64,000 nt of DNA from Nostoc sp. DedSLP01. GTDB lineage: Bacteria > Cyanobacteriota > Cyanobacteriia > Cyanobacteriales > Nostocaceae. Position numbers and translations under genes: made by a program. The DNA lies in the NCBI GenBank assembly GCA_034530875.2, contig JAVRCJ020000016.1, positions 64,001 through 128,000 on the forward strand. The letters are read 5' to 3'. The notes beneath the pieces were generated by a model that was not told where the DNA came from, did not search any database, and was given only the letters and a program-made list of their open reading frames with translations. The stretch's first letter is position 1. Each line of letters opens with the position of its first letter. Positions 60,143 through 64,000 of the stretch are shown in pieces.

Positions 60143-62737
60143 ATGTATCGCAGGCGATTCCATCGCACCATCTCTGGCTGGGTTTTCATTTTGATGGTGT
60201 TGGTGACAGCATTTGTGTGTGTTATTGCTACTCCCGTCACTGCCAAAATGACGATGGTAGAGTCTGCCAAACCTTTGCTGGCTGAGAATGTCCAAACGCC
60301 TGATTTGCTACAACAGGGCAAAATCCTCTATGATGCTGGACGCTTTGCCGAATCTGTGGAGATTTTGCAAAAAGCAGCGATCGCTTTTCGCAACCAAGGC
60401 AATAAAATCCGGCAAGCTGTGGCATTAAGTAATTTGGCGTTGGTATATCAAAAATTGGGTAATTTGACACCAGCACAGCAGACAATTACTGAGAGTATAC
60501 AATTGCTGGAAAAAGCTCCAGGAGATGTAAAAAAGGTTCTGCCGCCAATTCTAGATATTCAAGGTGGTATTCAATTAGACTTGGGACAAAATCAACAAGC
60601 GTTGGAAACTTGGCAACGCGCCCAAGCAATTTATCAGCAATTAGGCGATCGCAATGGTGTTATCCAGGCTGGTATCAACCAAGCACAAGCATGGCAAGTT
60701 TTGGGATTTTATCGTCGGGGTTTGACATTATTAACGCAATTGCAGGATGAGTTGGAATCGCAACCCGACTCAATTACCAAAGTTGTAGAATTGCGATCGC
60801 TTGGAGATGCCTTGCAACTGGCTGGAAATTTACAGCAATCTCGTCAGGTATTGCAGCAAAGTCTAGAAATTGCCCAAAAATTAAAATCTTCAGAAAATGT
60901 CAGTGCTGCCTTGTTCAGTTTAGGCAATGGGGCGCGGGTACAGCAAGATTTAGCAAGCGCGATCGCTTTTTACCAACAAGCTGCTGCTGTCGCACCTAGC
61001 GCGATGATTAAAATTCAAGCTCAAATTAACCAGTTAAGTTTGCTAGTTAACAAAGGACAACTAACAACCGCACAGCAATTATTTCCTCAGATTCAGACTC
61101 AACTTGCCAATTTACCACCATCTATTGCAAGTATCTATGCCCGCATTTATCTAGTTCAAAGCTTGCTGAAATTAAGGCAACCTCCTATAGTAATAGCTGA
61201 AATCTCCGCCACCGCCGTGCAGCAAGCTAGAGATATAGGAGATCCGCAAGCTTTGAGTTTTGCTTTGGGTACTTTGGGCAGTGTTTACGAACAAAATCGG
61301 CAATGGTCAACTGCTCAAGAGCTTACCGAGCAAGCACTTAATATAGCTCAAAATATTAATGCACCAGATATTGCTTATCGTTGGCATTGGCAGTTAGGAC
61401 GATTATTAAAACAGCAGGGAAATATTCCCAATGCCATCGGTGCTTATGATATTGCAGTTGATGAGTTGCAGACTCTCCGCAGCGATTTGGTAGCTGTAAA
61501 TCGCGATGTGCAGTTTTCTTTTAAAGAAAGCGTAGAACCTGTTTATCGAGAGTCAGTAGAATTATTATTGCAATCCTACCAAAGCGATCGCAGGGAAGAA
61601 AATTTAGACAAAGCTAGGCAGAGAATGGAAGCACTGCAACTAGCAGAATTAGACGACTTCTTCCGCGAAGCTTGCGTGCAAGCTAAAACTGTTCTGCTGG
61701 ACACAGTGGTAGACCGAGAAAATCCGACAACAGCGATCGTTTATCCGATTATTCTGCCCCAGGAATTGCAGGTAATCGTCAAAATTCCCAAACAACCCCT
61801 GCACCATTATGTAATTGAGAAATCCCAAGCTGAGGTAGAAAATATCCTCAAGCAAATGCAGGAGTATATCCTCGAACCTGACAGAACCGAGGAAGTAGAA
61901 TCGTTATCTCAACAAGTATATAACTGGTTAATTCAACCCATTGAGTCTGATTTAAAAAATAGTAAAGTCGATACTCTAGTATTTGTACTAGATGGAGCAT
62001 TACGAAATGTACCAATAGCTGCTCTGTATGATGGTAAGCAATATTTAGTAGAAAAGTACGCAGTTGCTCTGAGCTTGGGATTGCAATCGTTTGAATCCAA
62101 GCCTTTGGCAGAAACAAAACTCAACGTTCTAGCTGGTGGTTTAGTGGAACCGCCACCAGAGTTTCAAAAAAAATTTCCGCCATTACCAGAAATTAAGTCA
62201 GAATTCAGTTTGATTTCGCAAGCAGGAGTAACTACCACCGAATTATTAGATCGGCAATTCAATAGTAAGAATCTAGAAACTCAGGTGAATGCCACCCCGT
62301 TTAACATCTTACATTTGGCAACTCATGGTCAATTTAGTTCTCGTGCGGAGGATACTTTTATACTTGCTGCCGATGGGCCGATTAACGTTATACAGTTTGA
62401 TAGTTTGTTACGTCGTCGAGACGAAACTCAAACACAAAGCTTAGATATGTTGGTTTTGAGTGCTTGTCAAACTGCCCTTGGCGATAATCGCGCTACCTTA
62501 GGACTAGCAGGTGCATCCGTGAAGGCTGGAGCGCGCAGTACTTTAGCTTCGCTGTGGCATATCAATGATAAATCTACTGCTATCTTCATTGGTGAATTCT
62601 ACCGTGAATTAGCTAAAACTAAAGTCACGAAAGCAGAAGCTTTGCGTCGCGCTCAGGTGACTCTGTTGCAGAACTATCCCAATTACAGCCGTCCAGCTTT
62701 TTGGGCGCCGTATGTATTAGTTGGCCAGTGGCGTTGA
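60143..62737 (+). CDS. TPR-CHAT (caspase-HetF) domain protein with an N-terminal signal
   Basis: TPR repeats; catalytic HLATHG and LSACQT; ASLW, WAPYVLVG. Confidence 0.92.
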   Translation: MYRRRFHRTISGWVFILMVLVTAFVCVIATPVTAKMTMVESAKPLLAENVQTPDLLQQGKILYDAGRFAESVEILQKAAIAFRNQGNKIRQAVALSNLALVYQKLGNLTPAQQTITESIQLLEKAPGDVKKVLPPILDIQGGIQLDLGQNQQALETWQRAQAIYQQLGDRNGVIQAGINQAQAWQVLGFYRRGLTLLTQLQDELESQPDSITKVVELRSLGDALQLAGNLQQSRQVLQQSLEIAQKLKSSENVSAALFSLGNGARVQQDLASAIAFYQQAAAVAPSAMIKIQAQINQLSLLVNKGQLTTAQQLFPQIQTQLANLPPSIASIYARIYLVQSLLKLRQPPIVIAEISATAVQQARDIGDPQALSFALGTLGSVYEQNRQWSTAQELTEQALNIAQNINAPDIAYRWHWQLGRLLKQQGNIPNAIGAYDIAVDELQTLRSDLVAVNRDVQFSFKESVEPVYRESVELLLQSYQSDRREENLDKARQRMEALQLAELDDFFREACVQAKTVLLDTVVDRENPTTAIVYPIILPQELQVIVKIPKQPLHHYVIEKSQAEVENILKQMQEYILEPDRTEEVESLSQQVYNWLIQPIESDLKNSKVDTLVFVLDGALRNVPIAALYDGKQYLVEKYAVALSLGLQSFESKPLAETKLNVLAGGLVEPPPEFQKKFPPLPEIKSEFSLISQAGVTTTELLDRQFNSKNLETQVNATPFNILHLATHGQFSSRAEDTFILAADGPINVIQFDSLLRRRDETQTQSLDMLVLSACQTALGDNRATLGLAGASVKAGARSTLASLWHINDKSTAIFIGEFYRELAKTKVTKAEALRRAQVTLLQNYPNYSRPAFWAPYVLVGQWR

Positions 62738-62881
62738 TTTGGGAAAGTCTGTAATTATTTTGGTATTTAGATTCGCTACTAATTAAGCAATCCGATTTGA
62801 TTCGGAGAATTACTTGCTTATATCAATTCACGAAATTACCGATAAAAACCTCTTCTGAATAAACTTAATTTATTCAGTATC

Positions 62882-63040
62882 TATAGGACTCACATTTGAT
62901 TGCGTGAAAAAAATCAGTAAATCCATACAAGGCTTCTGCCCTAATCCCTACTCCCCATTCCCTACTCCCTGTCTATCGCGCTTGCGCTGCGCTTCACGCA
63001 CCACACAAATAAATTCTCCAAATCAACCCGGATTCCTATA
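62882..63040. mobile_element. MITE (family A) with a nested GC-rich insert
   Basis: TIRs TATAGGACTCACATTTGATT / AATCAACCCGGATTCCTATA; extra TCGCGCTTGCGCTGCGCTTCACGCAC compared with 45953-46082. Confidence 0.75.
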
Positions 63041-63179
63041 GCAGTAGTAGGACGCAGGAAAATCAAGTGTAATTTGATGTTACAAAAAAAATCAGTTACC
63101 CCTGTCAAACACTCTGGAATTTGCTTGTCTGTTTTTGTAGCTTTAAAAAGCTCAAATTATCAATTTTTGAGGTTAGAAA

Positions 63180-63548
63180 ATGAAGAAGTTCACCTGTTTG
63201 ATGATTTGCGGGGCAGTATTGTCGATTAGTGCGCCAGCATTGGCTGAAACTCGTGCGGTTAATATCAGTATTGGCAGTATTGGTGGCGCTTTAGATAATG
63301 CGGCTTTGCGAACAATTCGCCAAGTTATCGGATTTGGGGTTGGTACCGGCACCGTCGATAAATTTATTGTATATAGTCCCAGGACTGGTTCTGTTCCCAT
63401 CGAAGGCGGGTTAACGGCTTGTGCTGAAGCTGGCTTTGGCATCAACAATACAAAATTTAATGCTTTTATCCAAGAACTGCGTTCAATTAAACCCAAACCA
63501 GGAACTTTCTACAATATAGAACTTACCGAAAGCTGCAAACTCAAATGA
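63180..63548 (+). CDS. Hypothetical secreted protein
   Basis: GAGG RBS; signal peptide MKKFT...PALA; two Cys in the mature part. Confidence 0.7.
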   Translation: MKKFTCLMICGAVLSISAPALAETRAVNISIGSIGGALDNAALRTIRQVIGFGVGTGTVDKFIVYSPRTGSVPIEGGLTACAEAGFGINNTKFNAFIQELRSIKPKPGTFYNIELTESCKLK

Positions 63549-63847
63549 GAATGTTGAGAAAGTTAAGTTTGTTTTCTGATGAACGCGGAGTTGATTAGGT
63601 TAGCGATAATACATCTCATGATGTGATAATAGACCGCACAGATAATCAATCCGTTTCCAAGCAACAGCAGCCTGTTGTTACTTGAAGGATAAAGTAGCAG
63701 TTCTCGCCACTTTATCCTTTACTACATAGGCGGCCAAGATATGTTTCATAAAATACATCTGAGTAATGAAATGAAAACTATCAGTGAAACGTAATGCATC
63801 TTTTGTGTCTCGTAGGTAGTTCGCTATGCGAATTAATCGTTTAACTA

Positions 63848-64000
63848 ATGAACCTTCAATCCGTATTGTTATCGTTGGTGCTGGATGTGCTGGTTTAACT
63901 GCTGCCGAAGAATTACGCGATATTGGATATCAAAATATCACGATTATTGATGCCAAAAATCGCGTAGGCGGGAAAACATATTCAATTAAATACAAAGACG
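63848..64000 (+). CDS. FAD-dependent oxidoreductase (amine-oxidase-like), 5' part; runs off the window end
   Basis: MNLQSRIVIVGAGCAGLTAAEEL...IIDAKNRVGGK. Confidence 0.85.

Overview
64 kb of chromosome from a filamentous cyanobacterium, most likely Nostocales. This is inferred from dozens of HIP1 GCGATCGC octamers, heptameric STRR repeats, the clpR-clpP3 pair, xisI and Uma2/Rpn genes. The backbone is housekeeping and signalling genes: pseB/pseC, an FHA-kinase and PP2C pair, a J-domain protein, clpP/clpR, two vWA paralogues, a P-type ATPase, a P450, PIN/TRAM, hemW, a galU-like gene, two ~1,950-aa Ser/Thr kinase-AAA-GAF-PAS-His kinases, a dynamin-like GTPase, a YcjF GTPase, a HAMP kinase, and haemagglutinin, RTX and CHAT proteins. 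No rRNA, tRNA, CRISPR array, integrase or reverse transcriptase was seen. The most striking unexplained structure is a set of small toxin-antitoxin, nuclease or defence genes stacked behind the 3' ends of core genes and joined at their stop codons to remnants of earlier occupants. The clearest case is a ~255-bp duplicate of the vWA gene 3' end, with almost only synonymous differences, that brackets a vapBC-type module and is followed by a Shedu (DUF4263) nuclease. Other signals: a perfect 38-bp HIP1-centred palindrome at an aminotransferase deletion, a probable pseudokinase and pseudo-ATPase flanking the P-type ATPase, SigJ-type boxes before both giant kinases, small repeats inserted in frame in proteins, several MITEs and an internally deleted IS5-family element. 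All family assignments come from motif recognition by eye; no searches were run.
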